47,078 nt of DNA from positions 1 to 47,078 of the forward strand of contig JAYEIH010000085.1 of NCBI GenBank assembly GCA_034659995.1, given 5' to 3'. Under the pieces are notes generated by a model. It did no database searches and was not told the origin of the DNA. It was given only the letters and a program-made list of their open reading frames with translations. A program made the position numbers and the translations under genes. Position 1 is the stretch's first letter; the number at the start of each line of letters is the position of its first letter. Origin of the DNA: Methanobacteriota archaeon. GTDB taxonomy: Archaea; Methanobacteriota_B; Thermococci; Methanofastidiosales; B48-G16. Below are positions 1 to 9,871 of this stretch, in pieces.

Positions 1-10
1 TGAACTCAGA

Positions 11-523
11 TTGTACAGGGAGAATAAACAAATGGGGATTTCAGATATGATAAAAACGAAGAAGTCCGAGAATATAAAGAATGGAATGTACGAATGGCAG
101 CTTAGCTTCGTGACAGAGTGGAAGGATAAAACGGAGTTTGAGTATGAAATTCAGTGTGGACTGGCCTACCGATTGAACCAGACGGAAAGAGAAAAGATAC
201 CAGTGGGTGTGGACCCACATACAATGCTCATCAGGGATACGGAGCTGACAATGCAGATGAAAAATGAGTACAATCTTATTCTCGTGGGTGGTCCTGGAAT
301 GGTACTTCAGTCCTCCGGAAAAAAGAAAACTGCAAACATGCTAACTGAAGAAGTTGTCTTGGGCAAACTCTCGGAGACAAACTGGTTTGTTACTTCGGGG
401 AAGTATGAGTACATCGAGCGGGCTTTTTCAGATAAAAGTGCGGTAATAGTCGCAGGAAGAGATAGGGACTGTACCGGTGCTGCCACAATACTGTTTATAG
501 AAAAAATAAAGGATCTTGCGTAG
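11..523 (+). CDS. Hypothetical protein, probably the 3' part of a longer gene running off the window
   Basis: The frame is open from nt 2 to the window edge. The track ORF begins at a TTG and ends at TAG 521-523. The C-terminal NLILVGGPGMV...AVIVAGRDRDCTGAATILFIE is vaguely like archaeal surface-protein C-termini, but I recognise no family. Confidence 0.4.
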   Translation: MYRENKQMGISDMIKTKKSENIKNGMYEWQLSFVTEWKDKTEFEYEIQCGLAYRLNQTEREKIPVGVDPHTMLIRDTELTMQMKNEYNLILVGGPGMVLQSSGKKKTANMLTEEVVLGKLSETNWFVTSGKYEYIERAFSDKSAVIVAGRDRDCTGAATILFIEKIKDLA

Positions 524-524
524 C

Positions 525-1028
525 TCAGTTAGCCTCTTCTACCACAGTAGAAGTTCCCAGGGGTATCTTCATGGCTGCCCGCCTAATAGCCTCCTTGGCA
601 TTTTGAAGATTACGTTCATCAACATATACGGTCATGACTTTCTGTCCTTTTTTCACCCGTGCAGCCCTGCTGGTGGCCTTACCGAAGGAGAGTCTCATGC
701 CATTCCCATACCGATCAGCCTTATGACCTGTAGCCATGGGGTTCATTCTGAGAATCTGAAAGGGATACACTCTAATCTTTAGATGATACTGTTCTCCTGT
801 CTTTTTTTCCATGTACCCATTTGCCGCAACTCTGGCAGCCTCCAGCGCGTTATGCCGTATCTGAATATCGTTTTTTACCGTTAAGGATACCTCATGAGAG
901 AATGAATCATTACTTCCTGAGTCAAAGTGTGATATCTTTATGGATGGAAGTGCTCCTATGTACTTGCTTCTCGTATAATTAGGCCTATTTGTTTTTCTAT
1001 CTATTTTTCCAGGTCGTAGTACTGCCAT
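525..1028 (-). CDS. rpl10e: 50S ribosomal protein uL16 (L10e)
   Basis: 167 aa, MAVLRPGKIDRKTNRPNYTRSKYIG...HKADRYGNGMR. N-terminus and length are typical of archaeal/eukaryotic L10e. Confidence 0.93.
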   Translation of the reverse strand: MAVLRPGKIDRKTNRPNYTRSKYIGALPSIKISHFDSGSNDSFSHEVSLTVKNDIQIRHNALEAARVAANGYMEKKTGEQYHLKIRVYPFQILRMNPMATGHKADRYGNGMRLSFGKATSRAARVKKGQKVMTVYVDERNLQNAKEAIRRAAMKIPLGTSTVVEEAN

Positions 1029-1082
1029 GATTATCGCCTCTATAGTTCTTATTTCAGCTATTTAAAAAGCTTATGCCCGAGA

Positions 1083-1553
1083 TCACACTTCTAATAATAG
1101 GGCTATTTCCTTCTCTATTCTTACCATTTTGGAAACATACTCCCGTTTTAGCTCAAGGTAATCGTCTTCGTCTATTTTTTCATTGGCGTATGACCATTCT
1201 ATCTCTTGTAAGGCATCTTTGATGTTATCAAACTCTACAGACAGAAGTTTTAATGTTTCTTCCACATTTTTAGATTTTTGCAGTTTAAGTGTGGATATAG
1301 ATCCCTTCAAACTCTCAAAAAAGGTCCTGCAAGCCTCATCCAGACAAAAATAAACGCGTACCTTTCCTCTTTTTACTAAACTCCGTTTATTGATCAGTTC
1401 GGATTCCAGAAGCTTAGAAAGATGCCTCTCCAGTCCCCCCCGTGTAATACCAAGTTCCTCCTTAAGTTCATTTGGGCTCATTTCGTTCTCTGAAAGGAGT
1501 TCCATTATCTTCAGCCGATATTCATTGGCGAGGGCTTGAATAATTTTTAGCAT
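1083..1553 (-). CDS. ArsR/SmtB-type winged-HTH transcriptional regulator with a coiled-coil/SHOCT-like C-terminal tail
   Basis: LKIIQALANEYRLKIMELLSENEMSPNELKEELGITRGGLERHLSKLLESELI is an ArsR-type HTH. I start it at ATG 1553 (M60 of the 215-aa track ORF 1083..1730). The upstream 59 codons look non-coding, and an AAATATATATT TATA-like box lies about 30 nt upstream. Confidence 0.75.
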   Translation of the reverse strand: MLKIIQALANEYRLKIMELLSENEMSPNELKEELGITRGGLERHLSKLLESELINKRSLVKRGKVRVYFCLDEACRTFFESLKGSISTLKLQKSKNVEETLKLLSVEFDNIKDALQEIEWSYANEKIDEDDYLELKREYVSKMVRIEKEIALLLEV

Positions 1554-1734
1554 GTGCGGTATACTCAAGGCAATATATATTTCTTTTGGCGTTAGGTTGG
1601 GATTTCCGTTTTCGCGAAAACGATAAAATATGAGATATTTTGTGCAAAAAAGCTTATATAATGGAGATTGATAGATAAGAGTGGTGATACACATAAGAGA
1701 GAAAGATAGGATACGAAATGATATTATCACCAGG

Positions 1735-2772
1735 ATGCTTGGTGATCTGGAACGGCTTCATAAAAAAGGAGAAATAACCGATGAGACATACGAAGAGCTC
1801 AAGGCAAAGTATGAAAAAAAGATGGGGGAGGTAGATGAGTATTATGGGTTTGCGGGTCTCGGCGATGTGATACGAGAAAAGGTGGAGAAGAGCATCCAAA
1901 AAGCGTTCAAGTCGACAAAAATACATTTTGGGGAAACGTTCACAAGGGAAGAAACAATAAAAGGGACCTTTGATTCTGAAGATATTGATATAGACTTTAA
2001 AGTTGAAAATGGAAAGATAGAGTTGAAAAAATCGGATACCGATGAGTACAATGTACTTATTAGAAAACGAGTAAAGGCCAGTGATAGCGAGGAGGCTGAG
2101 AAGGAGTTTGAGAGTATTGATCTTACCGTCGAACAGGAAAGCAATAGACTTGCTATCTATGCAACTGATATGGTCGATATTATCGCTGAAATCCCAGAAA
2201 AACGGTACAGAGTTCGTGCGGAAAGTGAGAATGGATCTGTCATGCTCTCGGACCTTAACGGTGAAACAAGCACACTGAAAACAGAAAACGGTAAAATTAT
2301 TGTAAAAAATGCAAAGTTCGCCGACCTCACTGGCACAACGGAAAATGGAAGGATAGAGGTACAGCATGTGGGGAGCACAACGGTGAAGATAGCTGCGGAA
2401 AATGGTTCGCTTCTTTTGGAGGAGATCAACACAGAAAATCTCACAGCGGAGACAGAAAATGGGCGAATATCCAGTACCCGTTCTAAGGCCAAAACCCAAC
2501 GACTGATGACAGAACGCGGAGCTGTTACCGCGGATATTTCCTCAGGTGAAAACTATATCCGGACCAAGATGGGCTCAGTGAAAATAAAGGTACCCGGAGA
2601 GACTAAAGCCAGTATCGAAGTGAGGACCTCCATGGGCAGCATACGGTCCGAAGGAAAGATAATCGAATCGAAAGACGGATACAAAAAGATTATACTAAAT
2701 GAAGATGGCATTAAAGAGGCAAAAATAAAGGTACAAACAGATTTCGGCTCAATAAAAATTGTGAGATCTTAG
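1735..2772 (+). CDS. DUF4097/LiaG-like beta-helix repeat protein with an N-terminal SHOCT-like helix
   Basis: Reiterated strands ENGKIELKK, ENGSVMLSD, TENGKIIVKN, TENGRIEVQH, AENGSLLLEE, TENGRISS and MGSVKIKV are typical of DUF4097. The N-terminus LERLHKKGEITDETYEELKAKYEKKM is SHOCT-like. I prefer ATG 1735 as the start; the track ORF begins at GTG 1681. Confidence 0.72.
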   Translation: MLGDLERLHKKGEITDETYEELKAKYEKKMGEVDEYYGFAGLGDVIREKVEKSIQKAFKSTKIHFGETFTREETIKGTFDSEDIDIDFKVENGKIELKKSDTDEYNVLIRKRVKASDSEEAEKEFESIDLTVEQESNRLAIYATDMVDIIAEIPEKRYRVRAESENGSVMLSDLNGETSTLKTENGKIIVKNAKFADLTGTTENGRIEVQHVGSTTVKIAAENGSLLLEEINTENLTAETENGRISSTRSKAKTQRLMTERGAVTADISSGENYIRTKMGSVKIKVPGETKASIEVRTSMGSIRSEGKIIESKDGYKKIILNEDGIKEAKIKVQTDFGSIKIVRS

Positions 2773-3437
2773 TACCTGACATAAACCGTTAGGTTTCCCT
2801 CCAACGTGCCGTCATAAACTTTTTTTAACTCTTCTATATACTTTGCGCTGAAAAAGTTCAAATGAAGCTTTTTTTCGTCTATTTCTATACCTTTGCAGTA
2901 GAAAAACTTTTTTCTTAGTTCATCATTAAGTTTTCTCTCTTCTATATGGTCCAGCTCCTTAAAATCCTTTAAAATTATAGTTCCCGATATCGCCGTGTTT
3001 ATGGGCTCCTGGATAGGATGGTCATCTATTCTTTCTTTGAGTCCGTCAAGGTCAGTGTCAATATCTATCTCGAATGTGTACACTTCATCGTTCAGTGTAT
3101 TTATCTCTACATGTGATGTCCGTATATCCGTTTTTAGATTGTGGAGGTCTCCAACTGAGACGATATCTCTCTTTTTTCCTATCACGGCAATCTCGTTTTT
3201 CGCATGATCTATAAGGAAAACCTCCTCTGTAAACTTCGAGTTGTCTGAGTTCCACCATCCCTTGATTGTCAGGGTATAGAAAAATCCCTCTCTATCCAGC
3301 TCTTCAGTTCTTTCCAAAGCAGTCTCCACATCCGTAAAAACATTCCCCTCAAACCTATGTTCTGAAAAATAAGGGTAGATAAATGAGACAATACACATGC
3401 CAACTAAAAAAATAACAAGATAATCCACTTTTCTCAT
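2769..3437 (-). CDS. Hypothetical N-terminally membrane-anchored protein
   Basis: 222 aa. The N-terminal hydrophobic helix is YLVIFLVGMCIVSFIYPYF. The start overlaps the alaS stop (ATGA), so it is probably co-transcribed with alaS. No family recognised. Confidence 0.55.
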   Translation of the reverse strand: MRKVDYLVIFLVGMCIVSFIYPYFSEHRFEGNVFTDVETALERTEELDREGFFYTLTIKGWWNSDNSKFTEEVFLIDHAKNEIAVIGKKRDIVSVGDLHNLKTDIRTSHVEINTLNDEVYTFEIDIDTDLDGLKERIDDHPIQEPINTAISGTIILKDFKELDHIEERKLNDELRKKFFYCKGIEIDEKKLHLNFFSAKYIEELKKVYDGTLEGNLTVYVRY

Positions 3438-6064
3438 TTTTTCACGCCCTGAGCCATCTTCTCAGTTCCTCCTCCTCTTCCAAATTTTTTTATATGCTCA
3501 TCTGCCCTGTATCCTTTCTTAATCGCTTCCTCACCACACATACATACGATATTTTTTCCGTTCGTAAGCACAACAACGGTGTTTTCTTCAGTGAGTGCAG
3601 TGGCAGTTTCTCGCAGTACCTTCGGTCCCCCTTCTATCTCCTGTTTCAGGAACCGGAGCCCATTCTTCTCCTTAAACTCTCCTTCAACCTGCTTCATTTT
3701 CAGCTTCGATATTTCTTCTTTCAAACGGTCTATCTCCTTCCCTCTCTCTTTCCACCCCTCAAAAAACCGTGTGACAGTTTTTGGTATGTTCTCTCGCGTG
3801 ACTCTGAGTATTTTACCAATGCTATCCATTATTTGCTCTGTTCCCTGTACGTACTCAAGCGCCTTCATTCCCGCGGTAAACTCCAATCTCACAACTCCAT
3901 CCTGAATTTTCTCAGATTTCAGGAGCTTAATAAATCCCACCTCGGAGGTGTTATCACAGTGGGTACCACCACACGCCTCCACATCAAAGTTCTCTATGTT
4001 CACAACGCGTATTTCCTTGCCGGGCACTGCACCTCCCTGATACAGCCTGAAACCGTATTTTTTCTCGGCCTCGGTTCTTCCTATGAACTCTTTATATATC
4101 TTCCTTCCCTCAAGAACGATCTTATTTGCCAATCTTTCTATTTCATTAAGTGTTTCTCTGTTCAGCCCCTCATAATGTGTAATATCAAGCCTTGCCTTCT
4201 CTTCTTTTTTTTCTGCTCCCGCCTGCCATATATGGTTTCCCAGCACCTTCCGGGCAGCTCCGTTGATGATATGCGTGGCGGTATGGTGTCTTGTCAAGAT
4301 CAGTCGTCTTTTCCAGTTTATAGTGCCGTGAACGCTCTGTCCTACGGCAAACTCGCCATCTACTTTATGCAACACCACTGCGCCGGCTTTTTTCACGTCA
4401 TAGACTTCATTTCCGTTGAGCACACCGAGATCATTTGCCTGTCCTCCTGACTCTGGATAGAAGGCTGTTCTGTCCAGCACAATCCAGCCATCCTCCACCC
4501 CTATAACCTTGGCCTTGAACTCTTTCATTTTCCAGTCCTTATAGAAGAGCAGCTCTGTTTTTGGATAGTTAAAGCTTTTTTCTTTTTTCTTTTCTTCCAC
4601 GACCTTTTTTTCATGCCTCGAAGCTATCGCAGCGTAAAAGTTTGACGGTATCTCTATATCTTCTCCTCTTTTCTGCGCTCTTTCCCGCAAATCCTCCGGA
4701 GATATGCCGTGAGAATCATAGAGCTCCAATAGTTTATCAGAACTTATTTTTTCCTTTTTTTTGAGTAAGTTCCCTATTATTTTTCCTGATTTTCTTTTCA
4801 TTCTTTTATATTTATCCTTTTCCACAGCAAGTATCTCTTCGATCTCATCCAGGCTCTCCGTTACCTTCGGAAACTCCTTTCTCAAAGAATTGGCATGTTT
4901 CTCAACGATTGTTTCTATCTCGATGTCCCAACCGTTCTTCTCTATGAATCCAAGGGCTCTTCTAAAAATAACCCTCAGATTGTATCCCCCTCCAACATTT
5001 GACGGAAGCGCACCGTCCGATAGGGCAAATAAAAGGGTCCTTGTATGATCGGCAATGCTGTATATCTCTGAGAGCGGAAGAATGATCTCCTTAAGTTCCT
5101 CTGGCTCAGTACCTGTTAGTTTGCCCACCTTTTTCCATACGTTTTCGATATCGTTTACCTCGTCGAGGTTTAAAAGCCCTGCATACGGTAAAAAATCTCG
5201 AATTTTTTCGTTGAAACTATGTCCCGTTTTTTTATAAAGATACTCGCAGAGATCGGGAAAAACGGCATCATACGATGTTTTTGAGGGATTGCAGTACCAT
5301 GCAAACCTCTCCTGCCCTGCACCCATATCCAGTACCTTTGTCTGTAAAGGGGTGAACCCCGCGGGCGTTGCCTCATACATCATATACACCTGGTTCCCAA
5401 GCTCAAGTCCCTTGGAAAAGAACTCCATACAGCATCCGCCGTTTCCTCCTCCTGCCCAGCCATCTTCATGGAAATATAGCTCAGTTTTTGGAATTTTAAG
5501 GCCGTCTCTCAGCCATCTGTATATGTCTTCAAAATATCTCTCCTGATCGTACCGTTCCGAAGGCTCAAAGGCATGCTGTCCAATCATGACAAATCCAGTG
5601 TAATGAGATCCCGTTATACCCACATTGTCGATATCGTTGAATCTCAGTGAAAACTGTGGAACAATCAGCGGATTGGCAGGAGGTTCCACCTCTCCAGAGA
5701 CAACATGAGGCTGAAAATCGTAAATAGATGCGTTGACAAAGTCCACATCCTTTCTCCATCGTGCAACCACGGGATATCGTGGGATAGAGGTATACCCCAT
5801 CTTTTCAAATAAGTTGGAAAACTTTTCCCACACCCCTATGTAATCTAATCGGGTATACGGTTTTTCCCCTATAAACCTGTATTCCCCCTGGCATGCGGGG
5901 TCACCACAGAGCTCCTTTTTTTCTATGCTCCAGAACTGTTTTCCACACTTTTTGCACCGATTTCTCTGGAATCCGTGGGCTCTCAGGGTTTCCACAGCAA
6001 AAAAATCCTCGTACTTTTGGGATGCCCTTTTTCTAAATAGTTCTTTGAGCTCTTTCGTGTCCAT
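3434..6064 (-). CDS. alaS: Alanyl-tRNA synthetase (archaeal type)
   Basis: About 876 aa. It carries an N-terminal CKKCGKQFWS zinc motif, the class II core, the editing-domain HHTATHI...CGGTHC motifs and a C-terminal DHHA1-like region. I prefer ATG 6064 over the track's TTG at 6073. Confidence 0.95.
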   Translation of the reverse strand: MDTKELKELFRKRASQKYEDFFAVETLRAHGFQRNRCKKCGKQFWSIEKKELCGDPACQGEYRFIGEKPYTRLDYIGVWEKFSNLFEKMGYTSIPRYPVVARWRKDVDFVNASIYDFQPHVVSGEVEPPANPLIVPQFSLRFNDIDNVGITGSHYTGFVMIGQHAFEPSERYDQERYFEDIYRWLRDGLKIPKTELYFHEDGWAGGGNGGCCMEFFSKGLELGNQVYMMYEATPAGFTPLQTKVLDMGAGQERFAWYCNPSKTSYDAVFPDLCEYLYKKTGHSFNEKIRDFLPYAGLLNLDEVNDIENVWKKVGKLTGTEPEELKEIILPLSEIYSIADHTRTLLFALSDGALPSNVGGGYNLRVIFRRALGFIEKNGWDIEIETIVEKHANSLRKEFPKVTESLDEIEEILAVEKDKYKRMKRKSGKIIGNLLKKKEKISSDKLLELYDSHGISPEDLRERAQKRGEDIEIPSNFYAAIASRHEKKVVEEKKKEKSFNYPKTELLFYKDWKMKEFKAKVIGVEDGWIVLDRTAFYPESGGQANDLGVLNGNEVYDVKKAGAVVLHKVDGEFAVGQSVHGTINWKRRLILTRHHTATHIINGAARKVLGNHIWQAGAEKKEEKARLDITHYEGLNRETLNEIERLANKIVLEGRKIYKEFIGRTEAEKKYGFRLYQGGAVPGKEIRVVNIENFDVEACGGTHCDNTSEVGFIKLLKSEKIQDGVVRLEFTAGMKALEYVQGTEQIMDSIGKILRVTRENIPKTVTRFFEGWKERGKEIDRLKEEISKLKMKQVEGEFKEKNGLRFLKQEIEGGPKVLRETATALTEENTVVVLTNGKNIVCMCGEEAIKKGYRADEHIKKFGRGGGTEKMAQGVKK

Positions 6065-6127
6065 GTATACCAACTTCTGTATGCCTTTAAATTTTTATTC
6101 CACGAAAGCTATTTTATCTTCATAAAA

Positions 6128-6141
6128 GAAAGGTTTATAAC
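6128..6141 (+). promoter_or_regulatory. BRE/TATA-like box GAAAGGTTTATAAC
   Basis: It lies 23-29 nt upstream of ATG 6163, implying a leaderless or very short leader. The same GAAAGGTTT(T/A)TAA pattern recurs before purE and hsp20. Confidence 0.4.
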
Positions 6142-6162
6142 TGAGCCGCTTGACCTTACTAT

Positions 6163-6756
6163 ATGCTTCAGCATATGGCGTTGGTTCCTCATGGAATACG
6201 GGAGTATGCAAAAAAATCCAAGCTCCCCCTGATGGATGCATACGACCTTTCTTCAAGAAAGTTTCTGAGACTGATTGACTGGGTCTTTAGGGAGCGTAAG
6301 ATAGAAACCTTCACATTTTATGGGCTCTCATATGAAGCCATAATTACACGAACGGAGGAGGAGCTTATCCCTATATTTGAGGTGGAGACCACAACGTACA
6401 AAAACCTTCTCTCAAACAAAACAATAAATGAGGGGGAGGTAGAAGTGCAGTTTGTGGGGGATTTCTCAAAACTCCCAAAATATTACCGCAGGGCAATGGA
6501 AGAACTTCAGGAAAAGACCAAAAATTTTGATAAAAAAAGCATGTACATATTCATAGGCTATAATTCCACTCAAAAAAAGATGAAAAACTTTGAGGAATGG
6601 AAAGAACAGAGAATAGATCTCCTGATAAACATGGGGGAAGATACGCCGCTAGAAATTGATGAGTTTGCAGAAAAACACTCTATAGATAAATTCTTTCCGG
6701 AGATAAACGAAGAGGACATAAACGAGGCCGTTAGTGAGTACTACTCTTCTCTGTAG
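6163..6756 (+). CDS. Cis-prenyltransferase (UppS)-like protein with degenerate catalytic motifs
   Basis: [19 protein letters not shown]...[26 protein letters not shown] aligns with UppS H(V/I)AIIMDGNRRWAKK...LTLYAFSxENWxRPxxEV. The DGNRRW motif and the C-terminal RxSNFLLWQ motif are not conserved. Confidence 0.5.
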   Translation: MLQHMALVPHGIREYAKKSKLPLMDAYDLSSRKFLRLIDWVFRERKIETFTFYGLSYEAIITRTEEELIPIFEVETTTYKNLLSNKTINEGEVEVQFVGDFSKLPKYYRRAMEELQEKTKNFDKKSMYIFIGYNSTQKKMKNFEEWKEQRIDLLINMGEDTPLEIDEFAEKHSIDKFFPEINEEDINEAVSEYYSSL

Positions 6757-7132
6757 CACCTAATATCCGCAGTGCCAGATGTGCCGCATTTTGTCCATTA
6801 TCGATCCCCACGCAGGCCACAGGGACGCCCTTCGGCATCTGAACTATGGAGAGCAGCGCATCCAAGCCGCCGAGCTTTGTGGAGACAGGGACACCTATTA
6901 CTGGCCTATTGGTATGTGATGCCACAGCTCCGGGAAGTGCAGCAGAAAGGCCTGCAACGCAGATAAAAACGCCATACTCCTTCTTTTTAGCCAGTTCCAG
7001 GACCTTTTCCGGTTCTCTATGTGCAGAAGCGATCTCCAGATCGTACTCCGCATTGTTCTCCTCCAGCACGCATGTTACCTTCTCCGCTATGGGCATATCA
7101 TTCTTACTTCCGAGAATAATTAAGATACTCAT
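6731..7132 (-). CDS. purE: N5-carboxyaminoimidazole ribonucleotide mutase (PurE)
   Basis: [16 protein letters not shown]...[10 protein letters not shown]...[25 protein letters not shown]...[19 protein letters not shown] are canonical PurE motifs. It overlaps the convergent upstream gene by 26 nt. Confidence 0.9.
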   Translation of the reverse strand: MSILIILGSKNDMPIAEKVTCVLEENNAEYDLEIASAHREPEKVLELAKKKEYGVFICVAGLSAALPGAVASHTNRPVIGVPVSTKLGGLDALLSIVQMPKGVPVACVGIDNGQNAAHLALRILGATEKSSTH

Positions 7133-7150
7133 GAACTCCGTACGCTTTTT

Positions 7151-7169
7151 GGCATTAAAAACCTTTCTC
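7151..7169 (-). promoter_or_regulatory. BRE/TATA-like box (minus strand GAGAAAGGTTTTTAATGCC) for purE
   Basis: The TATA part lies 22-29 nt upstream of purE ATG 7132. It follows a T-rich tract downstream of the cdc48 stop. Confidence 0.4.
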
Positions 7170-7211
7170 TTTTTGAATGTTCATATTAAAAAATATAAAA
7201 AGAAAAAAAAT

Positions 7212-9353
7212 TCACCTGTAGACACTGTATCTTGAGGCATTCTTCTTCACCTTCTTCCAGTTCTTTTTCTGTTCTTCGTCAACAGATGGCATAATCTTCT
7301 TTAATGCGGCAGTAAAATCATCCATTGTCACGCTTTTCATCTTTTTCTTTCCCTCTTTAATAGTTCGTCTCAGGCTGTTCATTCCCGCCTCTCTGCACAG
7401 GGATGCGATATCCGCACCGGAGTAATCTGCTGTTTTCTCTATTAGAGTATCGATATCAACATCTTTTAGCTTCATTTTGTCCGTATGGACCTTAAATATC
7501 TCCTTCCGTCCATCTTTGTCTGGCATCGGTATAAAAATCATCTTTTCAAATCTGCCAGGTCTCAGTAACGCTTTATCTATCAGATCGGGTCTGTTTGTTG
7601 CTCCTATAACTACAACATCCTTGAGTGACGCAATACCATCCAGCTCTGAGAGTATCTGAGCGACAACTCTCTCGGTAATCTGCGTGGCACCTGAACCCCG
7701 TACGCCCGCGATACTGTCTATCTCATCAAAAAATATAATTGATGGTGCTACCTGTCTTGCTCGTGAAAATATCTTTCTCACACCTTTTTCACTTTCACCG
7801 ACCCATTTTGATAGGAGTTCGGGACCTTTAACGGAGATAAAATTTGCATCGCTCTCATTCGCTACTGCCTTTGCAAGGAGCGTCTTACCACAGCCGGGGG
7901 GACCATAGAGCAGAATACCTCTTGGAACCTCTATCCCTCCCTCATCAAAGAGTTCATGATACCTCAGAGGCCATTCCACAGACTCCCTAAGTTCCGTTTG
8001 TACCTCATCCAGTCCGCCAATATCCCCCCAGGTCATCTTTGGTATTTCAATAATGGCTTCTCTCATTGCGGAAGGCTCTATTCTTTTATAGGCGTTGTAA
8101 ACATCTTTCTCTGTGACCTTCAGGTTCTCTATAACATCTTTGGAAAGAACTTCCTCGCTCTCTTTCAGGTCAGGAATTATCCGTCTCAACGCGTTCATTC
8201 CCGCCTCTCTGCACAGCGAAGCAAGATCCGCACCCGAATATCCATGTGCGATATCCGCGTAATGGTCAAGGTCCACATCCTCCAGAGGCATATTTCTTGT
8301 GTGTATCTGAAGAATCTCCTTTCTACCGTTTCTATCGGGCATTCCAATCTCTATCTCCCGATCAAATCTACCCGGTCTTCGCAGTGCTTCGTCCACATCG
8401 CTGGGCCTATTGGTTGCGGCAATAACGACGATATCCCCTCTGGGATCCAAGCCATCCATAATTGTCAGCAGCTGTGAAACAAGCCGTTTCTCAACATCTC
8501 CTGTTACCTCCTCTCTTTTGGGCGCAAGGCTGTCAATTTCGTCAATGAAAACTATACTCGGGGCATTTTCCTTTGCCTGCTCAAAAATCTTTCGCAGATT
8601 TTGTTCGCTCTGCCCATAGAACTTTGACATAAGCTCGGGACCATTGATAACCAAAAAGTTGGACTCTGTCTCATTTGCCACTGCCTTCGCGAGAAGTGTT
8701 TTTCCCGTACCCGGAGGTCCATAGAGCAGAACACCCTTTGGTGGGTTAATTCCCAGTTTCTTGAAGGCCTCCGGATGGTTCATCGGTATCTCAATCATCT
8801 CTCTGACCCGCTCTATCTCTGCCTTCAGCCCACCAACATCCTCATAGCTGACAGCTGTATAACCTCCGCTCACAGGCTGAGGTTTTTTCGATATTTTTAT
8901 CGTTGTTTCCGGTACAACTCTAACAATACCCTTTGGTTTTGCGTTTGTGACGGTGAGCGGAAGTGCATTTCCCATTATACCTATTACAACCACGTTTCCG
9001 TTGACAAATGGCCTGTTAAGGATTTTGTTGTGTACATACGTAATAAACCCCTGATCAAATCGTATCTCCTGGGTTGGGGCGAGTTTTATCTCCTTTGCAG
9101 GTGCAGATTCTACTCTGCTTATCTCTACATTTTCATCTATGCTGACGCCTGCGTTATGCCGCAGAACACCATCTATTCGTATTATACTCCTCTCCTCATT
9201 TGACATCCAGGCAAGCCCCACTGCCTTCTTTTTTCCTTCTATAAGTACAGCATCTCCGGAGCTCAGTCCGAGCTTTTCGAAGACCTCATGATTAATTCGT
9301 ACAATTCCTCTACCATAATCTGATTTACGTGCATCTCTAATCTTTACCTTCAT
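7212..9353 (-). CDS. cdc48: CDC48/VCP-like AAA+ ATPase (two AAA domains)
   Basis: 713 aa. It has an N-terminal CDC48 double-psi barrel (VKVRDA...GRGIVRI) and two Walker A motifs [17 protein letters not shown] / [17 protein letters not shown], each with a Walker B DEID. Confidence 0.95.
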   Translation of the reverse strand: MKVKIRDARKSDYGRGIVRINHEVFEKLGLSSGDAVLIEGKKKAVGLAWMSNEERSIIRIDGVLRHNAGVSIDENVEISRVESAPAKEIKLAPTQEIRFDQGFITYVHNKILNRPFVNGNVVVIGIMGNALPLTVTNAKPKGIVRVVPETTIKISKKPQPVSGGYTAVSYEDVGGLKAEIERVREMIEIPMNHPEAFKKLGINPPKGVLLYGPPGTGKTLLAKAVANETESNFLVINGPELMSKFYGQSEQNLRKIFEQAKENAPSIVFIDEIDSLAPKREEVTGDVEKRLVSQLLTIMDGLDPRGDIVVIAATNRPSDVDEALRRPGRFDREIEIGMPDRNGRKEILQIHTRNMPLEDVDLDHYADIAHGYSGADLASLCREAGMNALRRIIPDLKESEEVLSKDVIENLKVTEKDVYNAYKRIEPSAMREAIIEIPKMTWGDIGGLDEVQTELRESVEWPLRYHELFDEGGIEVPRGILLYGPPGCGKTLLAKAVANESDANFISVKGPELLSKWVGESEKGVRKIFSRARQVAPSIIFFDEIDSIAGVRGSGATQITERVVAQILSELDGIASLKDVVVIGATNRPDLIDKALLRPGRFEKMIFIPMPDKDGRKEIFKVHTDKMKLKDVDIDTLIEKTADYSGADIASLCREAGMNSLRRTIKEGKKKMKSVTMDDFTAALKKIMPSVDEEQKKNWKKVKKNASRYSVYR

Positions 9354-9357
9354 AAAA

Positions 9358-9774
9358 TCACCTCTTTTCTTTTGGTAGTCCCATCTCTTCGTCCAGTTCT
9401 TTCGCTATTTTTTCTACTCGTTCAAACATTCTTAATGTGTCTCTTCTCATCTCTAAGATGGTTCGTATCAAATTTTTTCTTCTCAGAACATAATAACTTC
9501 CTTCTTTTCTAATCATTCCCGCTTTTATCATCTTATTTATCTGATTCACCACAGCGCCTCTGCTCATATCTATATCCTCGCATATCTCTTTTGTAGTAGT
9601 AACTCCTTTTTCACTGGAGTGTTTCACTACTCTTTTGAAGACCCTGCACGATGTCCCCTTTCTATCTCTACCTGTGGTAATTCCCAGGGCATCACAGAGG
9701 AATTTTATGTACTTATCCGCATCCCTCTCAAAAGGTGGTTCCTCATCCTTTATTACTATTTTGAACCTTGCCAT
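9358..9774 (-). CDS. Winged-HTH regulator, candidate heat-shock regulator (HSR1/Phr-like by context)
   Basis: 138 aa from ATG 9774. TTKEICEDIDMSRGAVVNQINKMIKAGMIRKEGSYYVLR is a wHTH. The stop is 4 nt upstream of the cdc48 start, and the gene is divergent from hsp20. That gene set matches the known archaeal HSR1/Phr regulons. Confidence 0.6.
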   Translation of the reverse strand: MARFKIVIKDEEPPFERDADKYIKFLCDALGITTGRDRKGTSCRVFKRVVKHSSEKGVTTTKEICEDIDMSRGAVVNQINKMIKAGMIRKEGSYYVLRRKNLIRTILEMRRDTLRMFERVEKIAKELDEEMGLPKEKR

Positions 9775-9802
9775 GGTGATCAAGTAGTATATGCACACCT
9801 TC

Positions 9803-9829
9803 CTTTAAAAAGGTTTCGGTAAACCTTTT
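9803..9829. promoter_or_regulatory. Regulator promoter overlapped by the perfect palindrome AAAAGGTTT-cggt-AAACCTTTT (9808-9829)
   Basis: The minus strand reads ACCGAAACCTTTTTAAAG (BRE+TATA) 29-37 nt upstream of ATG 9774. The 9+9 bp inverted repeat covers this BRE/TATA, which makes it a candidate operator. Confidence 0.45.
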
Positions 9830-9871
9830 AGTTATTACCTATAAGTTTTGAATAAATTTATAAGATACTGG

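Noticed and set aside
1654-2499. 281-aa minus-strand ORF, with nested 100-aa and 111-aa ORFs
   Set aside because: It is antisense to the DUF4097 gene, whose repeat structure is clear. The antisense translation is Cys/Phe/Leu-rich junk.
3494-4450. 318-aa plus-strand ORF, with several shorter ones through 6125
   Set aside because: It is antisense to the unambiguous alaS gene. The composition is low-complexity and Leu/Ser/Phe-rich with no motif, which is typical of a shadow ORF.
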